DNA of 64,000 nt from IMG/VR virus record IMGVR_UViG_3300006149_000734. One strand, given 5' to 3'. Positions 55,497 to 64,000 of the stretch are shown piece by piece. Origin of the DNA: an uncultured virus (IMG/VR IMGVR_UViG_3300006149_000734). Its lineage: Duplodnaviria > Heunggongvirae > Uroviricota > Caudoviricetes. Within the stretch, counting starts at the first letter, position 1. Each line of letters starts with the position of its first letter. Made by a program: the position numbers and the translations under genes. Under the pieces are notes generated by a model. The model was given only the letters and a program-made list of their open reading frames with translations. It was not told the DNA's origin and did not search any database.

Positions 55497-56367
55497 TTGC
55501 CGCACCTCCCTCTTGGGCTGGTATCTCATCAAGCCAGCGTGTCTGCCTGAGCCATGTTGCCGGGTTCGGGATGTATTGCCCCCCGTCCCGCTTCCACTGC
55601 GGGTTGCGGCTGGCGTGTGCCTTGACGCTTGTCAGGATTTGCTCGAACAGTGCCTTGTCCGGCTTCAGCCGCTTCCAGACCTTGAGTGCGTCACCCTTGC
55701 CCTGCTTTTTCGGGTAAACTGCCCAGAATTGATCAAATCGCTTTTCCTGTGCGTCCGGCTCGGCACCCTCGCCATTCCCCCCGCTTGCGGGGGGTAAGGG
55801 GGGTGTTGTCCTGTCCTGTCCCTGTACGGTAGTGTCCTGTCCTGTAGTGTCCTGTACTGTACTGTACTGTAGGGGCGGGACTGTCCCGTTTTCCGTGGGC
55901 CTGTCCCGTGGGACAGGTTCGGGACAGTCCGCTTTTTCTCTTGGGACAGCGGCGGGACTTGTGCCTGTGTCCCGCCCTGCTTCTGCTTCCGCTTTCTTCC
56001 TTGCGCGGTATTCTGCTTTCCTGTCCCGTTCTTTTTTCCGGCTCTCGATGCGCTTGTCCCCAAGTTGTCCCGAATAGTCGTACCAGTCATGGATTGTAAT
56101 GGCTCCATCACTGTTGTTGTCTAAAAAGCCAGAAGAAATCAGTGCGGCTTTTGCCTTGGCTGGGTCTTTTCCCTCGTATCCGATTGCGTCTGCTATCTCG
56201 TAATCGTCAAACTTTGATAGGTCACCGTCCGGCGCGAAGTCAATCGCCCACCACCAAAGGCAGTGCAAATGTCCGATTGCGGCCGCCACCGTGACCTTCA
56301 GTTCCCTTGCGAGGCGTTTGGTCTTGTAGTGGTGGCGAAGTTCTTGGTGGCTTTCAATCCAAGCCAT
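55390..56367 (-). CDS. Replication initiator protein
   Basis: IHDW, FDQFWAVYPKK, IPNPATWL. Confidence 0.85.
   Translation of the reverse strand: MAWIESHQELRHHYKTKRLARELKVTVAAAIGHLHCLWWWAIDFAPDGDLSKFDDYEIADAIGYEGKDPAKAKAALISSGFLDNNSDGAITIHDWYDYSGQLGDKRIESRKKERDRKAEYRARKKAEAEAGRDTGTSPAAVPREKADCPEPVPRDRPTENGTVPPLQYSTVQDTTGQDTTVQGQDRTTPPLPPASGGNGEGAEPDAQEKRFDQFWAVYPKKQGKGDALKVWKRLKPDKALFEQILTSVKAHASRNPQWKRDGGQYIPNPATWLRQTRWLDEIPAQEGGAANAGRKTERIGGADGYADFQRSTGFRSADSDTDTDN
55805..56075. repeat. Iteron-like cluster, probable replication origin
   Basis: Many TGTCCC/GGGACA copies plus a TGTCC/TGTAC pentamer tract inside the initiator gene. Confidence 0.7.
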
Positions 56368-56380
56368 TATCCGTCACCTC

Positions 56381-59300
56381 CTATCCCATTGAAACCTCGC
56401 TGCCGTTGTCCCCTGCGGTCACTGTGATGTTCTGCGCAAACCTCGCTTTCAGCTGCGGGTCATGGCTGATTGCCAGAATCCGCATCTCCGGGTTGCGGTT
56501 CGCCATGTTGGTGAGCGCATCTGCGTATGCGTCAGTGCCGTCACCGTCCAAAAATGGCGGCTCGTCTATGAAAAGCATTCCCAGCTGTACCCCGGCTCTC
56601 CTGGCTTTCACATCTGCCAGCGCAAGGGTAACCGCCAGCGCAATCTTGACCTTTTCGCCACCGCTGTGGCTGCTGTAGGGTCTGCACCCGCCCGTCAGAC
56701 TGGTTATCCAAACATCCAGACTGTTGACCAGCTTGCTGTTGGTCTTGTTTTCACGCTCTGTGCGGAAATCCACCGCCATCCTGCCGCCTGTCATCGCCGA
56801 GAGGATTGCGTTGGCTCTGCCCTGTATCTCCGGCACGATGCCCCGGATGATGACATACTGGATTCCGTCAATCCCGAAGCTGTTTGCCAGCGTCTGGTAG
56901 TCTGCCAGAAGCCTTGCGGCGTTGCTCTTTTCGTCCCGGTAGGTCTCCCATTGGGCTTTCGCATCTGCGATGGCTTCCAGCTTTGCCTTTAAGCCGCCTA
57001 TCCGGGTCGCTATCTGGTCGATGCTCTTTGCCAGATCGTCCCGTGTCGGTCGAAGGTCTGCCAGCGGAGCGTCCGGCACTCTCGACTGCATCTCTGCGGC
57101 TTCCTGCGCCGCCACAGCTGCGTCCTGCCGCGTTTTTTCGATGTCCTTGGTAAGTATGTCCACCGTAGTCTGCAACGCCGTCACGGTCGCTACAGCGGCG
57201 GCACAGGCGGCTTGCAGGGCTGCTGTCGATTCGTTGTCCTTGATGGTCTGCCGGAGTTTTGCCGCAATCTGCGCCCACTCTTGGAGCGGCGGGAGTTTCT
57301 TTGCGATTTCCTGCAGTTCCTTTTCGGTTTCTTCCAGTTGCGTTGCCTTGTCAGCTTCCTGCTGTTCCAGATTGGTGATGGTTGCCGCAGCCGCTTCCAG
57401 CCTTGCCGACTGTCCGGCTACCGGGGCCGCCCTGCGCTCTCTTTGCCCAAGCGCATCAAGGTCGGCTTGCGGGTCTCCCAGCGCATCCAGTTTGCTCTGC
57501 GCATCGGCGATTTCCCTTTGGGCTTCCTCGTATTTTGCCCGGTCTGCTTTCTTGACCGCTTCCAGTTCCTTCTCCAGCCCCGCAAGTTCAGCCTTTGCCG
57601 CCTGTGCGTCCTGCAGGAATGCGCAGGATGCCTTTTCCGCTATCGGGCATCCGCTGTCTGTGAGAAGCTGTGCTTTTTTCCGGGCTGTCTCGACCTGACT
57701 GTTGAGCCGCCCAATCCGTACCCGGCTGTCTCCGAGGAAGGTCTGCACAGCGGCTTTCTTCTCCACGATGTGCCGTGTCAAGTCTGCCTGTGCTGCCAGT
57801 CTGGGGGTGAGTGCCTGTCGGTCTGCCCGTACTGCTTCCATTTCCCGCACAGCCGCTTCGATCTCATCTCTGCGTTCAAGGATTGCCGTCTGCCCCTGCT
57901 TTGCCGTCTGAATCTGGGCGATTTCGCTCTGCAGACGCTGGGCTGTTGCCCGGAGCGTGGACTGTTTGTCTGTCAGGGATTTAAGCTGGGCTTCATCCTC
58001 TGCCAGCGGTTCAAGGTCTTTCCGAGCCTGGGTCACCGTTTCAGCCGCCTTTGCCGCAGCGTCCGCCATGCCAGCGAGTGCGCTCTGGTTGTCCCGTTCA
58101 GCTTTCTGTTTCTGCAGTTCCCGTTCCTTTTCCTGCGCCTGTGCGGTCAATTTGGCGGCTTCCTGCGCCTTTTCCTGCGCTTGCCTTATAAGTTCCTGTC
58201 TGAGTGCTTCCTCGCGCTCCAGCGCCTTTATTTGCCCGTCTACGGCTGTCATCTGCGCCGTGTAAAGTGCCTTGTCCCTCTCGCACTCACTCAGTTCGTT
58301 CTCGACCTGTTCCCTCGCCGCCATCTGAGCGTCCAGAACGCTCATGCGGTCATTGAGTGCCGCCAGCTTGCGCCGTTGTTCGCTTGCCTTTTCCTTTGCG
58401 ATCCCCTCTGCCCGGTCGTAAAGCCCAAGGTTGAGAAGGCTGGACAGGACTTCCATCCTGCGGTCGCTGTCGGATTCCAGAAAAATCCCGTATGCGTCCT
58501 GCCGGATCAGGGCGATGGAGCAGAAGGTCTGGCAGTCCATCCCAATCGTGCGGATTATCTTTTCCTGTGTCAGCGGCATCGTAGTATCGCCGTAGTTTTC
58601 CCATTCCCCGGTGTCCCGGTTCTTCCTTGCCAGTGCCAGCGTTCCTTTGCTCTTTGTGCGGGTTCTGGACACCCGGTACTCGTAGCCGCCCATCTCAAAC
58701 TCGAAGGTGATTGCGCCCTTCTTTTCGCCCTCACGCACCCATTCGCCTTTTGCTCCGTCCCGGCTGGTTTCGTACAGGCAGTCTGCGATGGCATCCATGA
58801 AAAGGCTGCTCTTGCCTACGCCGTTCTGCCCGTTGACCATCGCCATGCGGATTTCCTCGAAGTCAAACGCTGCGTGGGTGTAGCTGCGGTAGTTCGTGAC
58901 CTCTACCCGTTTCGGCAGGAATGCCCCGGTGTGCTGATTGGTTTCCCGCCCGTCATCGGCTTGCCGGATGATCGGGTCTGCCAGTTCGTCCAGTCGCTTG
59001 ATGTCATCGTTTGTCAGCTTTCCGTCCGTTTCCTGCACCGTGGTCAGGTAGCTGTGGAGTGCCGCTCTGGGGTCATCCTCGGTGGCGGTCTCTGTGATCA
59101 GCGTGTCCTGCGGTTCGTCCCGGATGAAGTCTGCCACATAAAACGCGCCATGCTGCATCAGGCTGGTTTGCAGTGCCGCCCGGTTCAGTGCCTTTTCCTG
59201 TTCCTGCGTGGCGTTGTAAAAAATCCGCAGGATTGCGCCCTCTGCCTGTGAGGGCAGTCCCTCCAGCGTCCCGGTCTCAATGAATCCGGCCAGCTGTTCG

Positions 59301-60172
59301 TCCGTCAGCTTCAGCGTCAGGTGTCTGCGCTCCGGCGTGATAATGAAGCGGCTCTGGATGACTTCGTTCCCTTCGATTTCGTGGATGTAGAAGCCATGTT
59401 CCATGCCCTCATCGTTGAATGTCAGCTGGTTCGGGCTGCCGCTGTAGTAGGCCGGCGTGTTGCATCCGAGCCGCTGGGGTTTGTGGATGTGTCCGAAACA
59501 CCCCAGCGTCACCCCTGCACTGTCGATGGTCTGCGGCAGGATCACCACATCCTGCCCTGCGAGGAATGTCTGGCCGCTCTCCGATTCGCACCCTGCGACT
59601 GTGTAGTGCGCCACCAGGACGCTCGGTGTTGCCCTGTCAAGCTGCGCCGCCTGTCCGAGTATGATTTCGTTGACCAGCGTGGTGGCGTTCTGGTTCTCTG
59701 TCTCTGCGTCTGCATCCGGCATGAACACCCGAAGCCGCCCCTTGTCAAATCCCGGCATGGCGAGTATCTGGACGGGTCCCTCGCTGGTATTCAGCGTGTC
59801 CACCTCCGGGGTTGTGTAAATGGTCAGGTTGTGCATCCCCTGGGTGAGAAGCCGCAGGGCGTTGAACGCTTTCGGGTTGTCGTGGTTCTGCGTCCCGAAA
59901 AGAAGCACCACCTTTTCGCATTCCCTGCAAAGCGGCCGGATGAAGTCTGTCACTGCCGCGGCTATGTCATCCAGTGCCGTGTCTGCCCATACCCGGCTGC
60001 GGTTGAAAAGGTCTCCGGCGATAATTGCCACATTCGGCTTCTCAACCGCCGCTGTCTGTGCTATCGCTCTCATGCATTTGAGCGTGTCCTCGCGCCTTGC
60101 GTTGCTCCCATCCTTGACGGGGCCGTTCAAATCCCCCAGATGAAGGTCGGCGCAGTGTAAAATCTTCATCAT
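56381..60172 (-). CDS. SbcD-SbcC (Mre11-Rad50) fusion nuclease/ATPase
   Basis: ADLHLG, GD, GHIH; GQNGVGKS, coiled coil, SGGE, IDEP in one ORF. Confidence 0.9.
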   Translation of the reverse strand: MMKILHCADLHLGDLNGPVKDGSNARREDTLKCMRAIAQTAAVEKPNVAIIAGDLFNRSRVWADTALDDIAAAVTDFIRPLCRECEKVVLLFGTQNHDNPKAFNALRLLTQGMHNLTIYTTPEVDTLNTSEGPVQILAMPGFDKGRLRVFMPDADAETENQNATTLVNEIILGQAAQLDRATPSVLVAHYTVAGCESESGQTFLAGQDVVILPQTIDSAGVTLGCFGHIHKPQRLGCNTPAYYSGSPNQLTFNDEGMEHGFYIHEIEGNEVIQSRFIITPERRHLTLKLTDEQLAGFIETGTLEGLPSQAEGAILRIFYNATQEQEKALNRAALQTSLMQHGAFYVADFIRDEPQDTLITETATEDDPRAALHSYLTTVQETDGKLTNDDIKRLDELADPIIRQADDGRETNQHTGAFLPKRVEVTNYRSYTHAAFDFEEIRMAMVNGQNGVGKSSLFMDAIADCLYETSRDGAKGEWVREGEKKGAITFEFEMGGYEYRVSRTRTKSKGTLALARKNRDTGEWENYGDTTMPLTQEKIIRTIGMDCQTFCSIALIRQDAYGIFLESDSDRRMEVLSSLLNLGLYDRAEGIAKEKASEQRRKLAALNDRMSVLDAQMAAREQVENELSECERDKALYTAQMTAVDGQIKALEREEALRQELIRQAQEKAQEAAKLTAQAQEKERELQKQKAERDNQSALAGMADAAAKAAETVTQARKDLEPLAEDEAQLKSLTDKQSTLRATAQRLQSEIAQIQTAKQGQTAILERRDEIEAAVREMEAVRADRQALTPRLAAQADLTRHIVEKKAAVQTFLGDSRVRIGRLNSQVETARKKAQLLTDSGCPIAEKASCAFLQDAQAAKAELAGLEKELEAVKKADRAKYEEAQREIADAQSKLDALGDPQADLDALGQRERRAAPVAGQSARLEAAAATITNLEQQEADKATQLEETEKELQEIAKKLPPLQEWAQIAAKLRQTIKDNESTAALQAACAAAVATVTALQTTVDILTKDIEKTRQDAAVAAQEAAEMQSRVPDAPLADLRPTRDDLAKSIDQIATRIGGLKAKLEAIADAKAQWETYRDEKSNAARLLADYQTLANSFGIDGIQYVIIRGIVPEIQGRANAILSAMTGGRMAVDFRTERENKTNSKLVNSLDVWITSLTGGCRPYSSHSGGEKVKIALAVTLALADVKARRAGVQLGMLFIDEPPFLDGDGTDAYADALTNMANRNPEMRILAISHDPQLKARFAQNITVTAGDNGSEVSMG

Positions 60173-61206
60173 CTGCCATTCCTCCTGCTATTCGCTTTCT
60201 GGCAGTCCGGGCAAAGGCACCGACCGAATCTCCGTGTGGAGAAATCCCGGATTGCTTCTGGTGTCCATTTCTGTCCGCTCGTGCCTTTCGCTTCGGTTAT
60301 CTGTCTGCCGCACCCTTCGCATACGATGCCCTGCGGCGGCTCCGGGGCCGGCACATCTTCCCAAGGCAACGCATCCGATTCGTAGTCCGGGTACTCATCT
60401 TCCCTGTAGGGTTCGCCCGTGTCTGCCGCGTCCTCCGCCGCCATCTGCATCGCCCCGTCCGAAAGTGCCAGCGGCTGTTGCTGTTGCGCCTGTTGTGCGA
60501 TTTGCGGCTGTGCGCTCGTTGTCTCGAACAGCAGCCCCATGTCCCGGAGCGAGTTGCTGATTAAGGCTTGCCGCATCTCCGGCGCATCCAAGTTCGGGAC
60601 AATGTGTGCGACCACAAAGGGTTTCATCAGTTCCTGTTTCGTGTACCCCTGCGCCAATCCAAGAGCCGCTCTCAGGCATCTCATGTAGGCTTTTGTCTCT
60701 GCCATGCTTGCCCTGTGCGGCAGAAACTTCTTATACTGCGCGTCCGTCATGGATGCTTTCTCCAGTGCGCAGTCGATTTCCTTGCTTTTGGTAATCAGCC
60801 GGAATCCTCCGCTCGGCTCCGGCACCCGGACGGTCACCGTGTGCTTCACATCGTAGGCGTGGGGGCAGCTTCCGCAGGACTGCGCCCTGCCTGTTGCTTT
60901 CGCCATTTCAATGCACCGCTTGCAGACCTCCGGCTGTTCGCCCTCGTTCTGGACGATGCTGATGTTCGCCGCCGCTGCCAGCTTTGTGCCGCCTACGGCT
61001 GTAATGGCGTATTTGCCCGTCTGCCTGTCGTAGTAGATGTCCCGACCGTTGCCCTTTTCGTCTGTTGTGGTGTCAAGCTGCACCTCGTTGACGATGATCT
61101 TCTGCATGTTGCTCATGACTTGCATGGAAGTCACGGGGATCAGGACATTGTATTTGTCCTTTGGGTAGTTGTTCAGCTGGACGATTGTGTCTTGCGCTGT
61201 CATCAT
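60169..61206 (-). CDS. Hypothetical recombination-module protein with Zn-binding motifs
   Basis: Between SSB and SbcCD; several CxxC; MAETKA. Confidence 0.6.
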   Translation of the reverse strand: MMTAQDTIVQLNNYPKDKYNVLIPVTSMQVMSNMQKIIVNEVQLDTTTDEKGNGRDIYYDRQTGKYAITAVGGTKLAAAANISIVQNEGEQPEVCKRCIEMAKATGRAQSCGSCPHAYDVKHTVTVRVPEPSGGFRLITKSKEIDCALEKASMTDAQYKKFLPHRASMAETKAYMRCLRAALGLAQGYTKQELMKPFVVAHIVPNLDAPEMRQALISNSLRDMGLLFETTSAQPQIAQQAQQQQPLALSDGAMQMAAEDAADTGEPYREDEYPDYESDALPWEDVPAPEPPQGIVCEGCGRQITEAKGTSGQKWTPEAIRDFSTRRFGRCLCPDCQKANSRRNGR

Positions 61207-61226
61207 TATCTTTGCTCCTTTCGGTT

Positions 61227-61616
61227 CTAATGCCACGGCATATCGCCGTCATCGTACTCTCCTGCGTCCATCGGCGGTTCAAACTGTGCCGCCTGTGCCG
61301 CTTCCTGCTTGCTGTCTGCGAAGTGGATTTGGTCTGCGGTCAGTTCGTAGGCTTTCCGCTTCACGCCGTTGCGGTCGGTGTAGCTACGGGTCAGCATTTC
61401 GCCCTGTACCACCACCCGCTGTCCTTTGTGGAGGTACTTTGCGGCGAATTCTGCCCGTTCCCGCCATGCCACAACATCAAAAAAATCGGTTGCGGCGTTG
61501 CCTTTGGTGCGCTTGCGCTCCACCGCCAGCGCGAAGGTTGTTACTGCCACGCCGTTCGGGGTCATCCGCAGTTCCGGCTCTGCTGTGAGCCGTCCCATAA
61601 AAACGCAAATGTTCAC
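61227..61616 (-). CDS. ssb: Single-stranded DNA-binding protein
   Basis: GRLTAEPELR, acidic tail. Confidence 0.92.
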   Translation of the reverse strand: MNICVFMGRLTAEPELRMTPNGVAVTTFALAVERKRTKGNAATDFFDVVAWRERAEFAAKYLHKGQRVVVQGEMLTRSYTDRNGVKRKAYELTADQIHFADSKQEAAQAAQFEPPMDAGEYDDGDMPWH

Positions 61617-61647
61617 GGTTTCTCTCCCCTTTCTCTGAAAGTCCCCA

Positions 61648-61763
61648 TTGACAAAATCCCTTGTCCCTGGGTATAATGGGGTTGCGTCAGAGCGTTGTCA
61701 TTCGCTTTGTTCGCTTTCGGTTGGGTGCGGTCTGCAAGCGCAGCAGGCCGCGCTCTTTTTTTT
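61648..61763 (+). ncRNA. Predicted antisense small RNA unit
   Basis: TTGACA-18-TATAAT, ~80 nt transcript, 13-bp stem plus T8. Confidence 0.6.
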
Positions 61764-61800
61764 GCGTCCAAAGCGTCTGCACTCATCCTGTCCCCCTTGC

Positions 61801-62043
61801 CTATGCTACTTCAAGGGTTTTTGTCCTGTAGTCGTAGCTGACCGTGTGCGTCTTGCCGGCCGCCGTCCGCACCGTCCTGCGGTACTTTCCATCTGCGTGG
61901 GTCTCTGCGACCGTCTCGCAAGCCGGGAGGTGCTGCGCTATGTACTCGCTGGTTGCCGCCTGTGCGCTTGCGTACAGCTTTTCGGCCACCCGGTAGAAAA
62001 CATCGAATGCCCTTTGTCCTGCTTCGTTGTATGGGATCGTCAT
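61801..62043 (-). CDS. Hypothetical protein
   Basis: RBS GGAG. Confidence 0.65.
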   Translation of the reverse strand: MTIPYNEAGQRAFDVFYRVAEKLYASAQAATSEYIAQHLPACETVAETHADGKYRRTVRTAAGKTHTVSYDYRTKTLEVA

Positions 62044-62495
62044 TCTACTCCCTCCGCGTAAACGATGACCGACAGCAGTTTGCTGTTGATTTGTCGGACA
62101 AACTCCATCGCTTTTTTGAAATCCGGCTTTTCGTGTTCCTCGACCTTGCCGTTCTCCATGATCCGCTGGATGTCATCGACCACCTGTCTCAGCCGCCACT
62201 CTGCGATGGAAAGCTGGGCGATCATGTCTCCGTGCGTCTGCGGCATTACCACGTCCGGGAGGTATTTTCCCAGGACGCTGGTGTTCCTCAAATGCCACCA
62301 CGCCAGCAGCGGTGACTTGTAGTGATTGCTCATTGCGTCCACGATGTCATCCGGCACTTTTGCTCGGTCGTTTTCGTAGTCCGAGAGCGTCCGCGGGGAA
62401 ATCGCCAGCAGTTCTGCCGCCGCTTCCTGCGTAAATCCTGCGGATGTTCTGCACAATTTGTAGAGATTCTCGCATCCTTCGCTCGTGGTACTCAC
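62040..62495 (-). CDS. XRE-family HTH regulator
   Basis: TQEAAAELL..TLSDYE. Confidence 0.85.
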   Translation of the reverse strand: MSTTSEGCENLYKLCRTSAGFTQEAAAELLAISPRTLSDYENDRAKVPDDIVDAMSNHYKSPLLAWWHLRNTSVLGKYLPDVVMPQTHGDMIAQLSIAEWRLRQVVDDIQRIMENGKVEEHEKPDFKKAMEFVRQINSKLLSVIVYAEGVE

Positions 62496-62689
62496 CTCTC
62501 TTTCGGTTTATAATCTTGTTCAAGGGCAGTAAGCAGTTCCTCTGTCATGGCTTCCAGGATGGCATCAAGCCGTTTTTCCCCGGATGGGTGTTTGTCCCCG
62601 GATGCCCGTTTAGCCGCCGTGGTCGGCGGTTTCTGGTGAGTAGTGCCGCCCCCCCCGCCGCTTTTTTGGAAGTTGTGGGGGATTTCGGG

Positions 62690-62911
62690 TTAGTCGGTTT
62701 CTTTGCCACGCTGAATCCCTCCGTCCTCCGGGATGTAGGCTTCTCCTTGCTCTGCTGCGATTGCCTTGGAAAGCAGGGTAGAACAAGCCATTGCCAGCGA
62801 CATCCGATGCTCCCACGCCCAATCGTTCAAGGTGTTATAAATGTCCGCCTTGAGCCGGGATGAGAAGCACTGGTATCCGGCTCCACGCTCCTGCCGCTGC
62901 TGTACCGCCAT
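62690..62911 (-). CDS. RHH-like protein in the Cro position
   Basis: First gene of early operon; RBS AAGGAGG; strand-helix-helix pattern. Confidence 0.6.
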   Translation of the reverse strand: MAVQQRQERGAGYQCFSSRLKADIYNTLNDWAWEHRMSLAMACSTLLSKAIAAEQGEAYIPEDGGIQRGKETD

Positions 62912-63029
62912 TAGTTTCACCTCCTTAAAAAATCACGGTTTTCCTCTTTCATTTGTTGCGCATTTGTGCTATACTGCTGTTGCGGTGCGTTTACAAAGTT
63001 TTTTGTCTCCTTTGTTCATCGCTATTGCA

Positions 63030-63058
63030 AGTATATCACTGCATTTGCGGTTTGTCAA
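63030..63058 (-). promoter_or_regulatory. Early lytic promoter
   Basis: TTGACA-17-TATACT. Confidence 0.75.
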
Positions 63059-63138
63059 CGGAGTTTTACACTTTTTCAGAGCTTTTTTTGTATGTTCTGA
63101 AAATTTGCACCATAAAAACAAAAAGGGAGGTGGTGGTC

Positions 63139-63555
63139 GTGACCATCAATGCACGGCTTTTTACGCTCTTGGCTGACACCCATAGGACGCAGAAAGACTT
63201 GGCTGATTTCATTGGAATAAATGAGCGAAATGTCGCTTCTTGGAAGCAGCGTGGCTCTGATCCTCCTGCGAAGCTGATTCCAAAAATCTCCGAATTCTTC
63301 AGTGTGTCTATGGAATGGCTTTTAACCGGAGAGGAACGCCCCCGTGATTCCTTCGTGAATAACGGCTCTGTCGCTGGGAATCTGGGGCCGCACACGGGGA
63401 CTATCATCGTCCGAAACGGCGGGGAAACATTTCTTTCCGAGGAATGCGCCGAGTTGGTGCGGGTGTATGAATCGCTGGATGTCCGTCAGCGCATCCAGCT
63501 GTTGAAGTCTGCCTTTGAGATTGCTGACGGCTCTAAATCTGAACAATCCGAGTAG
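63139..63555 (+). CDS. CI-like XRE repressor
   Basis: TQKDLADFIGI..VSMEWLLTG; divergent from early operon. Confidence 0.85.
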   Translation: MTINARLFTLLADTHRTQKDLADFIGINERNVASWKQRGSDPPAKLIPKISEFFSVSMEWLLTGEERPRDSFVNNGSVAGNLGPHTGTIIVRNGGETFLSEECAELVRVYESLDVRQRIQLLKSAFEIADGSKSEQSE

Positions 63556-63560
63556 GAGGT

Positions 63561-63833
63561 GTGCCTATGTGTATTTCTGAATCTGTGTCGCGGTCTGTCC
63601 GGGTCCGCGGCTCCTGCGCCGAGTGGTTGCCGCTGGTGCGGGATTGCCTGTCCAGCCGGGGCTTTCGGAACATCGCCGTGGATGCCGGCCGCCGCTGTCT
63701 GACCGCTGATTATGGTGATCCGCCTGTGTGCAGCGGTATTTCCGTCACGCTTGCTCCGTCTGCCCTGTGCGGCGGGACGGATGTGTCTGTGGTGGTGTCT
63801 GCGTCTTTGGAAGGAGGGTGTTCTGCATGGTAG
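63561..63833 (+). CDS. Hypothetical protein
   Basis: RBS AGGAGG. Confidence 0.55.
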   Translation: MPMCISESVSRSVRVRGSCAEWLPLVRDCLSSRGFRNIAVDAGRRCLTADYGDPPVCSGISVTLAPSALCGGTDVSVVVSASLEGGCSAW

Positions 63834-64000
63834 GTGTTTTCAGCTTCCTGCTGGTTGCGTCCGGCGTTGCCCTGGTGGTTGCCCTTGTCCTGCTGGTTGT
63901 AAGGGCGGTAAGGAAAAAGCCCAAAAAATCCGTTGCTCTCATGGCCGCTGCCTGTGTCGCTGTTTTTCTTGTTTCCTCTGTGGGCATTGGCATGACCTAC
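63827..64000 (+). CDS. Membrane protein (partial)
   Basis: RBS AAGGAGG; two hydrophobic segments; runs off window. Confidence 0.65.
   Translation, partial: MVGVFSFLLVASGVALVVALVLLVVRAVRKKPKKSVALMAAACVAVFLVSSVGIGMTY

Larger units (their letters stand above)
8793..64000 (-). mobile_element. Prophage B, contractile-tailed temperate phage with DGR (right end outside window)
   Basis: Repressor, replication, terminase, portal, capsid, sheath/tube, baseplate and lysis genes in canonical order. Confidence 0.95.

Noticed and set aside
11058..61230. Many long + strand ORFs (e.g. 34230..36377, 57212..59251, 43560..45350)
   Set aside because: Antisense shadows of well-supported - strand genes in GC-rich DNA, with no recognisable motifs
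1..64000. tRNA, rRNA, integrase or IS elements
   Set aside because: None recognisable by eye; the integrase is expected beyond the right edge

Overview
The whole window is phage DNA, probably from a GC-rich Clostridia-like Firmicute (host inferred from gene content and RBS style), and it appears to hold two nested prophages. Element A (1..~8792, + strand) is a replication module: antirepressor, SAM-binding protein, sigma-like factor, DUF2800 nuclease, DUF2815 SSB and a family A DNA polymerase. The polymerase carries an intein and is cut off at motif B. Element B (~8793..>64000, mostly - strand) is an almost complete contractile-tailed temperate phage with immunity, replication/recombination, methyltransferase, packaging, head, XkdK-T-like tail and lysis genes. 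Highlights: (1) a complete diversity-generating retroelement whose 11 TR/VR differences all fall on template adenines; (2) an 1117-aa MuF head protein extended by a kinase-like and a putative ADP-ribosyltransferase-like domain, followed by a candidate immunity gene; (3) a terminal operon with a type II hammerhead ribozyme, an RHH regulator and an ADP-ribosylglycohydrolase, which together with a second small ART-like gene suggests an ADP-ribose writer/eraser set; (4) element B seems to split element A's polymerase gene; (5) predicted antisense sRNAs, a recurrent 11-mer and a nested alternative-frame ORF in the C5-methyltransferase. All family calls are from motif recognition by eye; no searches were run.
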